A stretch of DNA of 64,000 nucleotides from an uncultured Bacilli bacterium (GCA_934096705.1 CAKOMR010000004.1:11245-75244), one strand, 5' to 3'. Positions 1 to 9,653 are shown, numbered from the stretch's first letter. A program made the numbers and translations. The notes: a model not told the origin generated them from the letters alone.

Positions 1-704
1 CTTATTTTTTGATAAAGGCATGATTTATAACCGCCTCTTACTAAAGTGCTTAGTGGTGTACCATCCTTTTTCTCATAAAATAAAGCTACAAGAATATGTG
101 ATGCGTTTGCATCTTCACTATTTAGTGTTTGCATAAATTCATCTAAATTACTATCAGAATATTTTGATGTATATAGTTTATAATTTTTACATTTGTCGGT
201 TAACGTTCCATCTGGATTTGTATCAAGACCGTTTATACAATTTTTAATATTTTTAATATCACTAACATTTAAATACATAAGCATTTTAAAATTATATATA
301 TCATGAAGATTATGTATGTATGAATTATCCATGAATAGTGATTTATATTCACTTGCATCACATTTATTATTAACATTATCATAATTCATACAATATTTGG
401 ATTCAGAGTTAAATAAGAAAACATAATTTTCATTTAAATTATTTGTAAGTTTTGCAGCCCCGCCATTTACCTTAACATTTTTAGCATTTATTACTGCACT
501 ATTAAAAACTTCTTTATCAAGTTGTTTTAGCAATGCTTGCCTAATAAATAAAGTTTTATAAATGTAAGCAACATCATCATAATATAATCTTCTTTTTTCA
601 TCATTAATTGTTTTGCTAAAATTTGAATACAAAAAAATAAGAGTTGTAGTTAAAACAACTGTTACAATAATTGTTTCTAGAAATACAAAACCCTTATTAT
701 TCAT
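1..704 (-). CDS. Prepilin-type N-terminal domain protein (pseudopilin-like), partial; C-terminus lies beyond the window edge
   Basis: Manual translation from ATG at 704: MNNKGFVFLETIIVTVVLTTTLIFLYSNFSK... The frame stays open to position 1. It has the G-F-x-x-x-E prepilin motif followed by a hydrophobic helix. A GGAGA RBS sits 3 nt upstream. Missing from the ORF track because it runs off the window. Confidence 0.6.
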   Translation of the reverse strand, partial: MNNKGFVFLETIIVTVVLTTTLIFLYSNFSKTINDEKRRLYYDDVAYIYKTLFIRQALLKQLDKEVFNSAVINAKNVKVNGGAAKLTNNLNENYVFLFNSESKYCMNYDNVNNKCDASEYKSLFMDNSYIHNLHDIYNFKMLMYLNVSDIKNIKNCINGLDTNPDGTLTDKCKNYKLYTSKYSDSNLDEFMQTLNSEDANASHILVALFYEKKDGTPLSTLVRGGYKSCLYQKI

Positions 705-721
705 AACTCTCCTATAATAAT

Positions 722-750
722 AGTTTAGCAAAGTTATATATAAATGTCAA
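722..750 (-). promoter_or_regulatory. Sigma-A-type promoter for the pseudopilin gene
   Basis: On the minus strand: TTGACA (745-750), a 17-nt spacer, then TAAACT (722-727), about 18 nt upstream of the RBS. Confidence 0.5.
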
Positions 751-778
751 TTTACACTTATTTTGTATATAATAAAGT

Positions 779-955
779 ATGAAAGATTTTTTTGATAATA
801 TTTTTTTGTATATAATATTTTTTCTATTCACCATATTAATTTTATATCAAATCGCTTTAGTAATAGTTCTACCATTTAAAACAAATATTTTTATTTTAGG
901 TTTAACCATTACATTACTATGTGCCATTATTATTTACATAATACGGTTTGATTAA
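779..955 (+). CDS. Possible 58-aa two-helix membrane peptide (unverified small ORF)
   Basis: ATG 779 to TAA 953-955: MKDFFDNIFLYIIFFLFTILILYQIALVIVLPFKTNIFILGLTITLLCAIIIYIIRFD. No clear SD sequence. It overlaps the 3' end of the convergent 917-1810 gene by 39 nt. Confidence 0.2.
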   Translation: MKDFFDNIFLYIIFFLFTILILYQIALVIVLPFKTNIFILGLTITLLCAIIIYIIRFD

Positions 956-1810
956 TTTTTCGGTTTTATATAAATATATTATATTTTCATGCATCTTTTT
1001 CGTATTTTCAAATTCAGTATTCCCTTTGGTAACAAGAAGTGGAATACTTATTAAAATGAATAATAATTTTTTTTCTTCCTCTAAAAGTTCAAAGGTAGAT
1101 AAATACTCAGTTAAAAATGAAGAAAAATCATAGTTTAGATACTCATTATGATATAACGTAACAAAATCTAATACTGGTGTATCAATTTTATAATTATCCC
1201 AACTTATTAAAACTGGACTTTCGTTATTGTCTATGAAATGATCCATAGCAAGATTATTATGTACTACACTTACTCGAACGTTTTCTTTATCTTGAACTAA
1301 ATTATACCAATTTTCTAGTTCATCAGAGCAAAATTTTATTGCCTCTTTTATTTTAAAATAATTTCTAGAAAAAAGATATTTACTAGGACTTTGATATTCA
1401 TCATTTAAAAAAGTCAAAAACATAACATTATAATAATTTGATATATATTTTAAATTACTAGAAATATTTTCATAAATTTCTTTATAATTATCTAAAGACG
1501 TAGATTTAAAATAAACAGTCTTATTATGTAGGCTACTTAAAACGCCAGATAAAGAAGCAAGTTTTTGTTCTTTAAATGTATCATCTTCGGAAACATATTC
1601 AAATAAATTTTCTTCATCTCGAAAATTTTTTACAAGTTTAGGAAAGTTATTAAACCCTCTCTTATTTAAATAATTAAATAGTGTATATAAATCTTTATTT
1701 TCTTTTTTTAAAACAAATCTGCCTTCAGTTGAATCAATTATCATAGCGCTTTTGTTTTTAGTTATCCTAAAAGGTTTATATACACTTTTAATATAAGATA
1801 AATTATTCAT
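917..1810 (-). CDS. CotS/YsxE-like spore-coat protein (aminoglycoside/choline kinase fold)
   Basis: Kinase-fold catalytic region VVHNNLAMDHFIDNNESPVLISWDNYKIDTPVLDFVTLY. Lies directly downstream of a SpoVID-like gene, as in the B. subtilis spoVID-ysxE pair. Confidence 0.5.
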   Translation of the reverse strand: MNNLSYIKSVYKPFRITKNKSAMIIDSTEGRFVLKKENKDLYTLFNYLNKRGFNNFPKLVKNFRDEENLFEYVSEDDTFKEQKLASLSGVLSSLHNKTVYFKSTSLDNYKEIYENISSNLKYISNYYNVMFLTFLNDEYQSPSKYLFSRNYFKIKEAIKFCSDELENWYNLVQDKENVRVSVVHNNLAMDHFIDNNESPVLISWDNYKIDTPVLDFVTLYHNEYLNYDFSSFLTEYLSTFELLEEEKKLLFILISIPLLVTKGNTEFENTKKMHENIIYLYKTEKLIKPYYVNNNGT

Positions 1811-2459
1811 TTTCTAAAGGTATTAATAGTTTATCGTTTTCTTCGGCAGTAGTAATATTATTTATTTTCATAACCTCATCAAGTGATATATGATAATGCT
1901 CACAAATCATTTCTAAAGTTTCATCTTTTTTAACGATATGAATATGGTACGTCATAAAATCATCTTCCGTATCCATCATCGAAGTTACAACGTTTGTGAT
2001 TTTCTCTTTATCAATTCTTTCATTTTCTTCATCTTTAGTTTCTTTTTCTTCCATCGTTTCTTCTTGTGATTCTTTTCTTTCATCAAGTAATGACTCAATG
2101 CTCGGTGATTCTGGTGCTCTTTCAAAAGCTACCTCTTCTTTCATTTCTGTACCTTCTACCACATAATCAATTTTAATATCAAGTTCATCATTATCAAGAT
2201 TATAAGTAAAGTTATCTATAGAAAACTCTATTGAGGATAAATCAATTCTATTTGAAATATCTACAGAAAAAGGTAAAGTAAAATTAAAATCTTGTTTATT
2301 AACACTTAATTCATATTCTTTGTAAGTGCCAGATACTAAAAAGTTTCCTAAAATTTCTCCTTCATTTTTAGTTATTTCATGTTCTAAAGATATACTGCAT
2401 ATTTCTTTTACAGGTCCACTAAATTTAACTTTTTTCTCAAAAGGTATAATTAAATTCAT
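1803..2459 (-). CDS. SpoVID-like spore morphogenetic protein with C-terminal LysM domain
   Basis: N-terminus FEKKVKFSGPVKEICSISLEHEI...ILGNFLVSGTYKEYE resembles the SpoVID/SafA N-domain. It has an acidic middle region and a C-terminal LysM domain (YHIHIVKKDETLEMICEHYHISLDEVMKINNI). Confidence 0.5.
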   Translation of the reverse strand: MNLIIPFEKKVKFSGPVKEICSISLEHEITKNEGEILGNFLVSGTYKEYELSVNKQDFNFTLPFSVDISNRIDLSSIEFSIDNFTYNLDNDELDIKIDYVVEGTEMKEEVAFERAPESPSIESLLDERKESQEETMEEKETKDEENERIDKEKITNVVTSMMDTEDDFMTYHIHIVKKDETLEMICEHYHISLDEVMKINNITTAEENDKLLIPLENE

Positions 2460-2508
2460 AAAAAAATCATCTCCTACAAAAGTATATGAAGATGACTTTT
2501 ATTTATGA

Positions 2509-2952
2509 TTATTTATTTTTACTATCAATTATTATTGTAATAGGTCCATCATTATTAATATTTACAAGCATTTCCGCCCCAAATACTCCAGGTAAAGTTT
2601 GAATATAATTATTAAACTTTGCAAGTAATTTTTCATATATTGGTTTTGCTAAAGAGCCATTTAAAGCATCAATATAACTAGGCCTATTACCTTTCGAAGT
2701 ATTTGCCATTAAGGTAAACTGGCTTATTAAAAGTATCTTTCCATTTACGTCTAAAACGCTTTTATTCATAACGCCATTTTCATCATCGAAAATTCTTAAA
2801 TTAACTACTTTTTTTACTATGTAGTCTAAATCAGTATCAGTATCATCATGAGTTATTCCAACAAAGATAGTAAGACCACTATCAATTTTATTTATAAGTT
2901 TCCCACTCACGCTCACAGAGCTTTCTTTACTACGTTGAATTACTACTTTCAT
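2509..2952 (-). CDS. dtd: D-aminoacyl-tRNA deacylase
   Basis: MKVVIQR start, SQFTLMANTSKGNRPSY and NNDGPITIIIDS motifs, 147 aa. Sits immediately downstream of rel, as in Bacillus. Confidence 0.9.
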   Translation of the reverse strand: MKVVIQRSKESSVSVSGKLINKIDSGLTIFVGITHDDTDTDLDYIVKKVVNLRIFDDENGVMNKSVLDVNGKILLISQFTLMANTSKGNRPSYIDALNGSLAKPIYEKLLAKFNNYIQTLPGVFGAEMLVNINNDGPITIIIDSKNK

Positions 2953-5045
2953 ATTCTTTTTACCTCTTTTACGTATCTTAGTTTGCTAATATTTTTTATA
3001 ACGTTATCTATTTGACTTGTATTTTCAAGTTTTAAACTAACTTTATAAGCATCACTACCTACTAAATCAATAGATAAAACATATACTTTAGGAATATTTA
3101 TTTTGCTAATTATATCAGAAAGTTTATTTTTATCTGTAGAAAGCCTAATAATAATTCTACATACATAATCATTATTTGCATATTCTATCCAGGATGCATT
3201 AACCTTTTTTTCATCATTATTAAACGTATTTGGGCAGTTTACTCTATGAATAGATATCCCATCGCTTTTGGTAATAATTCCAATGATATCGTCTCCTTTT
3301 ACAGGATTACAGCATTTTGCTAAGTGAGTTAATATAGATACTTTTCCATCAATTAAAATATCACTTCCCATTTTAAGGGAAACGTTTTTATGAATGGAGT
3401 TTTCTTTAACTTCATCTTTTGGATTTAATAAATTAAGTAAATGAATAACAGTAACTTTATATGATCCAATGTTAAAGTATAGTTCATCAATATCTTTGAG
3501 TTTAAGCTCATTTAATAAGAAATTTAAATTTTCTTTTGATAGAACTTCGTTAAAAGCAAGTCTTTTTTTGCGTAATTCCTTTTCTAAAATGTCTTTTCCT
3601 CTTTCAATATATTCATTTCTTGATGTTTTAGAAAAGTACGCTTTAATTTTATCTTTTGCTTGTGTAGTTTTAACAATATTTAACCATTCTTTCGAAGGGG
3701 TACTATTTGGATTTGTAAGTATTTTAACTATGTCTCCATCATGAAGTGGACTATTAATTGATACCATAATATCATTTACAATGGCACCAGTCATTGTATC
3801 TCCAACCTTTGAATGAACTTTATAAGCAAAGTCTATTGGTGTTGCATCTATAGGAAGCTCTATTACATCTCCTTTCGGAGTAAATACATACATAAGATCT
3901 CCTAAGATGTCACTTTTAATAACGTTATTAAATGTATCATCATCAGCTTCTTTACTATTTTCAATTATGTTTCTATATACTTCAAGTTTTTGTTCCATAT
4001 AGGTTTGTATTTTTTTAGTACCTTTTTCTTTATAAGACCAATGAGAGGCAATACCTTTTTCCGCAATTTCATCCATTTCATAAGTTCTTATTTGTACCTC
4101 ATAAAGCCTTCCTCCAGGTCCAAAAACTGTTGTATGAAGACTTTGATACATATTTTCTTTAGGAACTGCTATATAGTCCTTAAAACGCGAAGGAATTGGT
4201 CTAAATTTTGAATGGATTAAACCAACTACAGCATAACAATCACTTTCTTTATCAACAAAAATTCTTAATGCTAAAATATCATATATATCTTCCCATTTTT
4301 TACCATTATTAAGTTTATTATAAATGCTATATACGCTTTTTACTCTTCCCTTAATTTCAAATTTAATTTCATTTTCATTAAGTAAATCACAAATATTATT
4401 TTGCATTTCAATTAAATAGTCATTTAATTTATCTACAGTATCATTTAATTTATCTAAAATATCTTGGTAAACGTCAGGTTTTAAGTAGTATAAACATAAG
4501 TTTTCAAGTTCACTTTTAATAGAGTTAATACCAAGCCTATGGGCAATTGGTACAAGTACAGATAAAGTTTCATTTGCAACCTTTTTTTGCCTTTCTTTAC
4601 TAATAGCATCAAATGTTCTCATGTTATGAAGACGATCCGCAAGTTTAATAAATAAAACTCTTACATCTTCACATAAACCAACCATTACTTTTCTTAAATA
4701 TAAAGCAGCACTTTCTGATTCATCAATCATTTCTAAGTGATTGATTTTAGACAAAGATAAAATAATTTTATATGTATCTGCTCCAAATAAAGAAGAAATT
4801 TCGCTTTCAGTTACATCAGTATAATCTAAAATACTATGTAAAAGTGCGCAAACTAAAGTTTTTGTGTCAACATTTAAGTCCATTAAAATATTGGTAACTT
4901 CTAAAACATGAGTCATTTCAGTATCTTTATTTTTACGCATTACACCTTTCAAATGCAAAGAAGCATAGTCATAAGCCCTTTTTATATCTGGAATATCATC
5001 TGCATTTTTTAAGTTGTTTATTATATAATCAATTGTTATCATCAT
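2949..5045 (-). CDS. relA: Long RelA/SpoT-homologue (p)ppGpp synthetase; hydrolase motifs degenerate
   Basis: Synthetase motifs RFKDYIAVPKENMYQSLHTTV and YEVQIRT, a TGS region FTPKGDVIELP, and a C-terminal ACT-like end. In the HD domain, ADRLHNMRT is kept but LLHDVVEDT reads LLHSILDYT. Confidence 0.9.
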   Translation of the reverse strand: MMITIDYIINNLKNADDIPDIKRAYDYASLHLKGVMRKNKDTEMTHVLEVTNILMDLNVDTKTLVCALLHSILDYTDVTESEISSLFGADTYKIILSLSKINHLEMIDESESAALYLRKVMVGLCEDVRVLFIKLADRLHNMRTFDAISKERQKKVANETLSVLVPIAHRLGINSIKSELENLCLYYLKPDVYQDILDKLNDTVDKLNDYLIEMQNNICDLLNENEIKFEIKGRVKSVYSIYNKLNNGKKWEDIYDILALRIFVDKESDCYAVVGLIHSKFRPIPSRFKDYIAVPKENMYQSLHTTVFGPGGRLYEVQIRTYEMDEIAEKGIASHWSYKEKGTKKIQTYMEQKLEVYRNIIENSKEADDDTFNNVIKSDILGDLMYVFTPKGDVIELPIDATPIDFAYKVHSKVGDTMTGAIVNDIMVSINSPLHDGDIVKILTNPNSTPSKEWLNIVKTTQAKDKIKAYFSKTSRNEYIERGKDILEKELRKKRLAFNEVLSKENLNFLLNELKLKDIDELYFNIGSYKVTVIHLLNLLNPKDEVKENSIHKNVSLKMGSDILIDGKVSILTHLAKCCNPVKGDDIIGIITKSDGISIHRVNCPNTFNNDEKKVNASWIEYANNDYVCRIIIRLSTDKNKLSDIISKINIPKVYVLSIDLVGSDAYKVSLKLENTSQIDNVIKNISKLRYVKEVKRI

Positions 5046-5283
5046 TTATCCTTTCTTTATTAATAATTTTTTCTTTAGTTACAGAAAAAATATCACTAAC
5101 CATATCATATAAAGTTAAAGAATTATTATTTTGCCAATTATTATTTTTTAAATAATTCCAAAGTTCAACTTCAGAAATATTTACACCATCACTTTTAAGT
5201 TCTTTAACCTTAGTATTAAAAGCCGGATATAATCTATTAAATAATTCATTTAAAGAATTAAATTTTATTTCTTCCATAACCAT
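5029..5283 (-). CDS. ComN-like post-transcriptional regulator (small acidic protein)
   Basis: ELWNYLKNNNWQNNNSLTLYDMVSDIFSV resembles my recollection of the B. subtilis ComN core (ELW...KKW...L.ELVSDILS). 84 aa. Confidence 0.4.
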   Translation of the reverse strand: MVMEEIKFNSLNELFNRLYPAFNTKVKELKSDGVNISEVELWNYLKNNNWQNNNSLTLYDMVSDIFSVTKEKIINKERINDDNN

Positions 5284-5368
5284 ACTACTTTCTTTTTTCT
5301 ATTAATATTTTACCACGAGTTAAATTATATGTAAAATAATTAGACTTAATTAATAAACTTATAATGTA

Positions 5369-6667
5369 ATGAAAATAAGAAAAAATAAATTTTTAGCGTC
5401 AACTTTTATTTTAATGTTAAGTGGACTCTCTACAAAAGTATTAGGTCTTATTATAAAAGTAATTTTCACTAGAATCGTAGGAAGCACTACAATAAGTCTT
5501 TATACAATTGTAATGCCAACATACTCACTTATTTTAACAATAGGAACGTTTGCTATGCCCACAACAATAGCTAAACTTATTGCCCAAAAAAATAATAAAC
5601 AAGTACTAAATAAAGCTCTAAAAATTATTTTTTTATTAAATATATCATTAATTTTAATAATGTTTTTATCATCAAAGTTTATTGCAAACACTTTATTAAA
5701 GGAGCCTAATGCTTATTACCTTTTAATTGCTATGGCATTAACACTTCCATTTTCCTCAATTGCTTGCATATTTAAAGGATATTTTTACGGAATTCAAAAA
5801 AATTACCCTCACGTTTTATCAAATACTATCGAGCAAATAATAAGACTTATTTTAATTTTAACAGTTGTTCCAAAATTAATTGAATATTCATATGTACATG
5901 CAGCTGTAGGTCTTATTCTTACATTCTTATTTACTGAAGGCGCCTCAATAATAACATTTTCTTTTTGTATGAACAAAAATGATCTTAAAACAATGTTTTC
6001 TTTCAAAGAAAATAATTTTGATTCAAAAGAAATATTATCACTTTCAGTGCCATCTGTTTCAAGTAGAATAATTGGTAATATATGTTATTTTTTTGAACCT
6101 ATAATTCTTACTAACATACTTCTTTTTAAAAGATACTCAAATAGTTTTATATTAAGTGAATATGGAGCATATAATGCATATGCAATATCTACTCTTACGA
6201 TACCATCTTTTTTTATTAACGCAATATCACTTGCTCTAATTCCTGAAATATCAAAGTTTAATGAAGAAGGTAATATTTTATATGTTAAAAAAAGACTTAA
6301 GGAAGGAATATTTTTTTCTTTTCTTATAGGGCTTTTTTCAACATTTATAATTTATATTTTTAGATATAGATTACTTTTATTTTTATATAAAACCACGTTA
6401 GGAGTAGATTATATAAAATATTTAGCACCATTTTTTATCCTATTTTATTTTGAAAATATATTTGCATCATTTATGCAAGCAATTGGTAAAGCTAAGATAA
6501 CCTTAAGAATAACAGTAGTATCATCGATTATAAAACTTCTGTCACTTGCAAGTTTATCATTTTTAAAAATCGGTATATATTCACTACTAATTTCTGAAAT
6601 AATAAATATTTTATTTGTGGTTTCAATAAATTATTTTTACATCCATTCATACTTAAAAAATAGATAA
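5369..6667 (+). CDS. MOP-superfamily flippase (SpoVB/MurJ/polysaccharide-export type)
   Basis: 432 aa and about 12 predicted TM helices. N-terminus KFLASTFILMLSGLSTKVLGLIIKVIFTRIVG is typical of this family. Confidence 0.6.
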   Translation: MKIRKNKFLASTFILMLSGLSTKVLGLIIKVIFTRIVGSTTISLYTIVMPTYSLILTIGTFAMPTTIAKLIAQKNNKQVLNKALKIIFLLNISLILIMFLSSKFIANTLLKEPNAYYLLIAMALTLPFSSIACIFKGYFYGIQKNYPHVLSNTIEQIIRLILILTVVPKLIEYSYVHAAVGLILTFLFTEGASIITFSFCMNKNDLKTMFSFKENNFDSKEILSLSVPSVSSRIIGNICYFFEPIILTNILLFKRYSNSFILSEYGAYNAYAISTLTIPSFFINAISLALIPEISKFNEEGNILYVKKRLKEGIFFSFLIGLFSTFIIYIFRYRLLLFLYKTTLGVDYIKYLAPFFILFYFENIFASFMQAIGKAKITLRITVVSSIIKLLSLASLSFLKIGIYSLLISEIINILFVVSINYFYIHSYLKNR

Positions 6668-6669
6668 AA

Positions 6670-6912
6670 TTAAAACATTTTATCTACATTTTTAGGAACT
6701 TTATCATTAACTATTTTGCTAATAATTTTTTGTTTTTTCTCTTCACTAACACTTTTTCCAGTGATATCAGAAAGAGTATCAATAACCTCTCTTAAAGTAT
6801 TTTCATCTTTCATATTACCATTTGCAAGTTTTTGTGCAAGAGACATAATTGTATCTTTAGAAACTTTTGTTTTATTTTGTACTTTACCCCAAAATTTATT
6901 ATCCATGTTCAT
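6670..6912 (-). CDS. Stage VI sporulation protein F-like
   Basis: 80 aa. The pattern NKFWGKVQNKTKVSKDTIMSLAQKL..GNMKDENTLREVI matches my recollection of B. subtilis SpoVIF. Confidence 0.4.
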   Translation of the reverse strand: MNMDNKFWGKVQNKTKVSKDTIMSLAQKLANGNMKDENTLREVIDTLSDITGKSVSEEKKQKIISKIVNDKVPKNVDKMF

Positions 6913-6981
6913 TTTCTCACCTATAATATATTATGAAGAAAAATAAATATTGAAACAAAAAAAATGAGCATTTTGCCCATT

Positions 6982-8229
6982 TTAATTATTTTCTTTAATT
7001 ATTTCTAAAGCTTTATGCATAGTCATATCATATTTTACAACATCAATAGTTCCATATGCTTTAATAAGTTCATCAACTGAAATACCATAGTTTTCTGCCA
7101 TTTCTTTAGCTTTAGCATCAATTTCTTCTTTAGTAAATTCAATTTTTTCTTTTTCAGCAACAGCTTCGATTAAGAAACGATATTGAACTCTTTTTAAAGC
7201 TTCGCCTTCCATTTTTTTATGAAGACCTTCTTCAGAATCTCCAGTAATTTCAAAATATTTATGTAAGTCTAATCCTTGCATTTTAAGTTGTTGTTCATAT
7301 TGATGGATCATTCTATGAATTTCATCGTCAACAATTTCATCATTAATTGTAACTTTCATGTTTTCACATGCTTTATCTAAACATTTATCTAAATGTTCAT
7401 CTGCAAGTTTAGCTTCTTTTTCTTTTTTGATATTTTCTTTAATAACTTCTTCTAGTTCAGCTTTAGTTTTTACATTTTCATATCCTAGATCTTTGAAGAA
7501 ATCTTCATTTATTTCAGGTAAAACACGTACTTTTACTTCATTAATTTTTACTTCAAAAGTAACTTCTTTACCTTTAAGATTTTCTACATAATCCTCAGGA
7601 AATTTAAGATTTAATGTAACTATTTCACCAGTTTTATGACCAACAAGACCTTCTTCAAAACCAGGAATAAATGAATGAGTACCAATTTCAAGTGAATAAT
7701 TTTCTGCACTTCCGCCTTCTAAAGGAGTACCATCAACTGTACCTTTAAAGTCAATTATAGCAGTATCACCATTTTCTACAGTGCCTTTTTCTTTAACAAC
7801 AAGGTCAGCCATTTGATCTTGCATACGTTTAATTTCTTCTTCAATTTCTTCTTTAGAAACTTTAGCAGTTTCTTTTTTGATTCCTAAATTTTTATATTCA
7901 CCTAAAGTAATTTCAGGTTTCTCAATAATTATAAATTTAAATTCAATTTCAGTAGCAGAAATATTTTTAATATCAACTTTAGGTTCAATAATTGGACTAT
8001 ATTTATTATCATCTAAAGCTTTTTTGTAACCAATTCCTACAGCTTCATCAACTGCATCCATATATAAACTTTCAATACCAAATTTTTTGATATAAATATC
8101 TTTTGGACAACTACCCTTTCTAAAACCATCAACTTTAACTTCTTTACTTTTCTTTTTAAATGCATTATCTAAACATTTTTCCCATTCAGTTGTTAGTTTA
8201 ATTTCAATTTCATGAACATTTTTTTCCAT
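6982..8229 (-). CDS. tig: Trigger factor
   Basis: Ribosome-binding signature VDGFRKGSCP, FKBP region FIPGFEEGLVGHKTGE, 415 aa. Confidence 0.92.
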   Translation of the reverse strand: MEKNVHEIEIKLTTEWEKCLDNAFKKKSKEVKVDGFRKGSCPKDIYIKKFGIESLYMDAVDEAVGIGYKKALDDNKYSPIIEPKVDIKNISATEIEFKFIIIEKPEITLGEYKNLGIKKETAKVSKEEIEEEIKRMQDQMADLVVKEKGTVENGDTAIIDFKGTVDGTPLEGGSAENYSLEIGTHSFIPGFEEGLVGHKTGEIVTLNLKFPEDYVENLKGKEVTFEVKINEVKVRVLPEINEDFFKDLGYENVKTKAELEEVIKENIKKEKEAKLADEHLDKCLDKACENMKVTINDEIVDDEIHRMIHQYEQQLKMQGLDLHKYFEITGDSEEGLHKKMEGEALKRVQYRFLIEAVAEKEKIEFTKEEIDAKAKEMAENYGISVDELIKAYGTIDVVKYDMTMHKALEIIKENN

Positions 8230-8507
8230 ATTTAATTCCTTCCTTTTTTCTACAATATTATATAATATTAAATATCATTTTACAAGAACAAAAATAATAA
8301 ATACTTTACATATATTTTGTAAAGTAACAAACAAATTAAGAATTTAATAAATTTTATTCTTGATTTTTATAAGAAATAAATGTAATATAATAATTGTTAT
8401 AACGAATCAGTTATAACAGTATGCTGTTTTTTGTGTTTTTACTTTTTTGTTTAAACCAAAAAATAATAGGGATGCATTTATGTATCCCCTTTTTTCTGTT
8501 TAAAAAT

Positions 8508-8533
8508 AAGGAACTATTTTTTAATAGTTCCTT
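8508..8533. terminator. Bidirectional intrinsic terminator hairpin in the tig-xerC spacer
   Basis: Perfect 11-bp stem aaggaactatt/aatagttcctt with a tttt loop. T-runs are present on both strands. Confidence 0.6.
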
Positions 8534-8782
8534 TCTTTTTTCGTTGCCATTTTCTACTAGGCTGGCTTCACTCACTTTTTTATTACACTTTTAATATAAC
8601 GTATTTAATGCTTTATGTCTACATTATATTCAATTATTGAAGATGTATTATTTTTTCTATAAAATCAAGCTTTTTTAACACTTTATCACATTTTTCGGAC
8701 GACTTTTATCATAAATTTACACATTTTTCGGGTGATTTTTGAATTTTTAATAAAATTTAAAAAAATAATTTACATAAGTAAA

Positions 8783-9640
8783 CTATTTTCTAGGCATATT
8801 TTTTAAATATTCACTTTTTATATAATCATCTGTAATATGAGTATATATTTCCGTAGAGGATAGTGAAGCATGCCCTAAAAGTTCTTGCACACTTTTTAAT
8901 GGGCAACCATTATTGAGCATATGAGTAGCAAATGTATGTCTAAAAGTATGTGGACTTACTTTAGTTTTAATACATGCTTTATCAATAACATTTTTAATTA
9001 TTAACTCTATTCCTCTGATACTTATTTGCTTTCCTTTATTATTTAAAATTAAATATTCACTTTTAAGTTCTCTATTATCTAAATATAATTTTATAGCCTC
9101 ATAAGCATAATCTCCGAAAAAAACAATCCTTTCTTTACTACCCTTTCCAAATACTTTAATGCTTTTATTATTAAAATCTATATCATTTATTTTAATATTT
9201 CTAAGCTCACTTACTCTTATTCCGGTAGCATATAAAAGTTCTATAATCATTTTATTTCTTATAGATAAAATATTATCAATATCAATACTATCCAAAACAA
9301 TTCTTATTTCCTCATAACTTAAAAATGAAGGTAATTTTTTCTCAAGTTTAGGATTACTAACTAACTTAAATATATTTAAACTAATATATCCATTATCAAG
9401 TAAATAACTATAAAAACATCTTAATGAAGAAAGAATTGTACTAATACTTTTATTAGATAGTTTTTGATCATCTAAAAATTTTAAGTAATTAATAACATCA
9501 TTCTTATTTAAAGATAAATAATTAATACCATTATTATCACAATAAGTAATAAAATTTTTAACATGTAACACATATTCTTTTATTGTATAAAAAGAATAAT
9601 TAAGTTCATATTTTAAATATTCATTATATTTTTCTAACAT
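8783..9640 (-). CDS. Tyrosine recombinase, XerC/XerD family
   Basis: ATGIRVSEL (Arg box), HTFRHTFATHML, and LLGHASLSSTEIYTH carrying the catalytic Tyr. 285 aa. Confidence 0.8.
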   Translation of the reverse strand: MLEKYNEYLKYELNYSFYTIKEYVLHVKNFITYCDNNGINYLSLNKNDVINYLKFLDDQKLSNKSISTILSSLRCFYSYLLDNGYISLNIFKLVSNPKLEKKLPSFLSYEEIRIVLDSIDIDNILSIRNKMIIELLYATGIRVSELRNIKINDIDFNNKSIKVFGKGSKERIVFFGDYAYEAIKLYLDNRELKSEYLILNNKGKQISIRGIELIIKNVIDKACIKTKVSPHTFRHTFATHMLNNGCPLKSVQELLGHASLSSTEIYTHITDDYIKSEYLKNMPRK

Positions 9641-9653
9641 ATTTTTTCCTTTT

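Noticed and set aside
8766-8800. dif-like sequence at the 3' end of the xerC-like gene (minus strand CCTAGAA-aatagtttac-TTATGTAAATT)
   Set aside because: The arms resemble my recollection of B. subtilis dif (ACTTCCTAGAA-TATATA-TTATGTAAACT). The spacer is 10 nt instead of 6, the left arm is the coding end of the gene (MPRK*), and an AT-rich 10-mer match is expected by chance several times in 64 kb.
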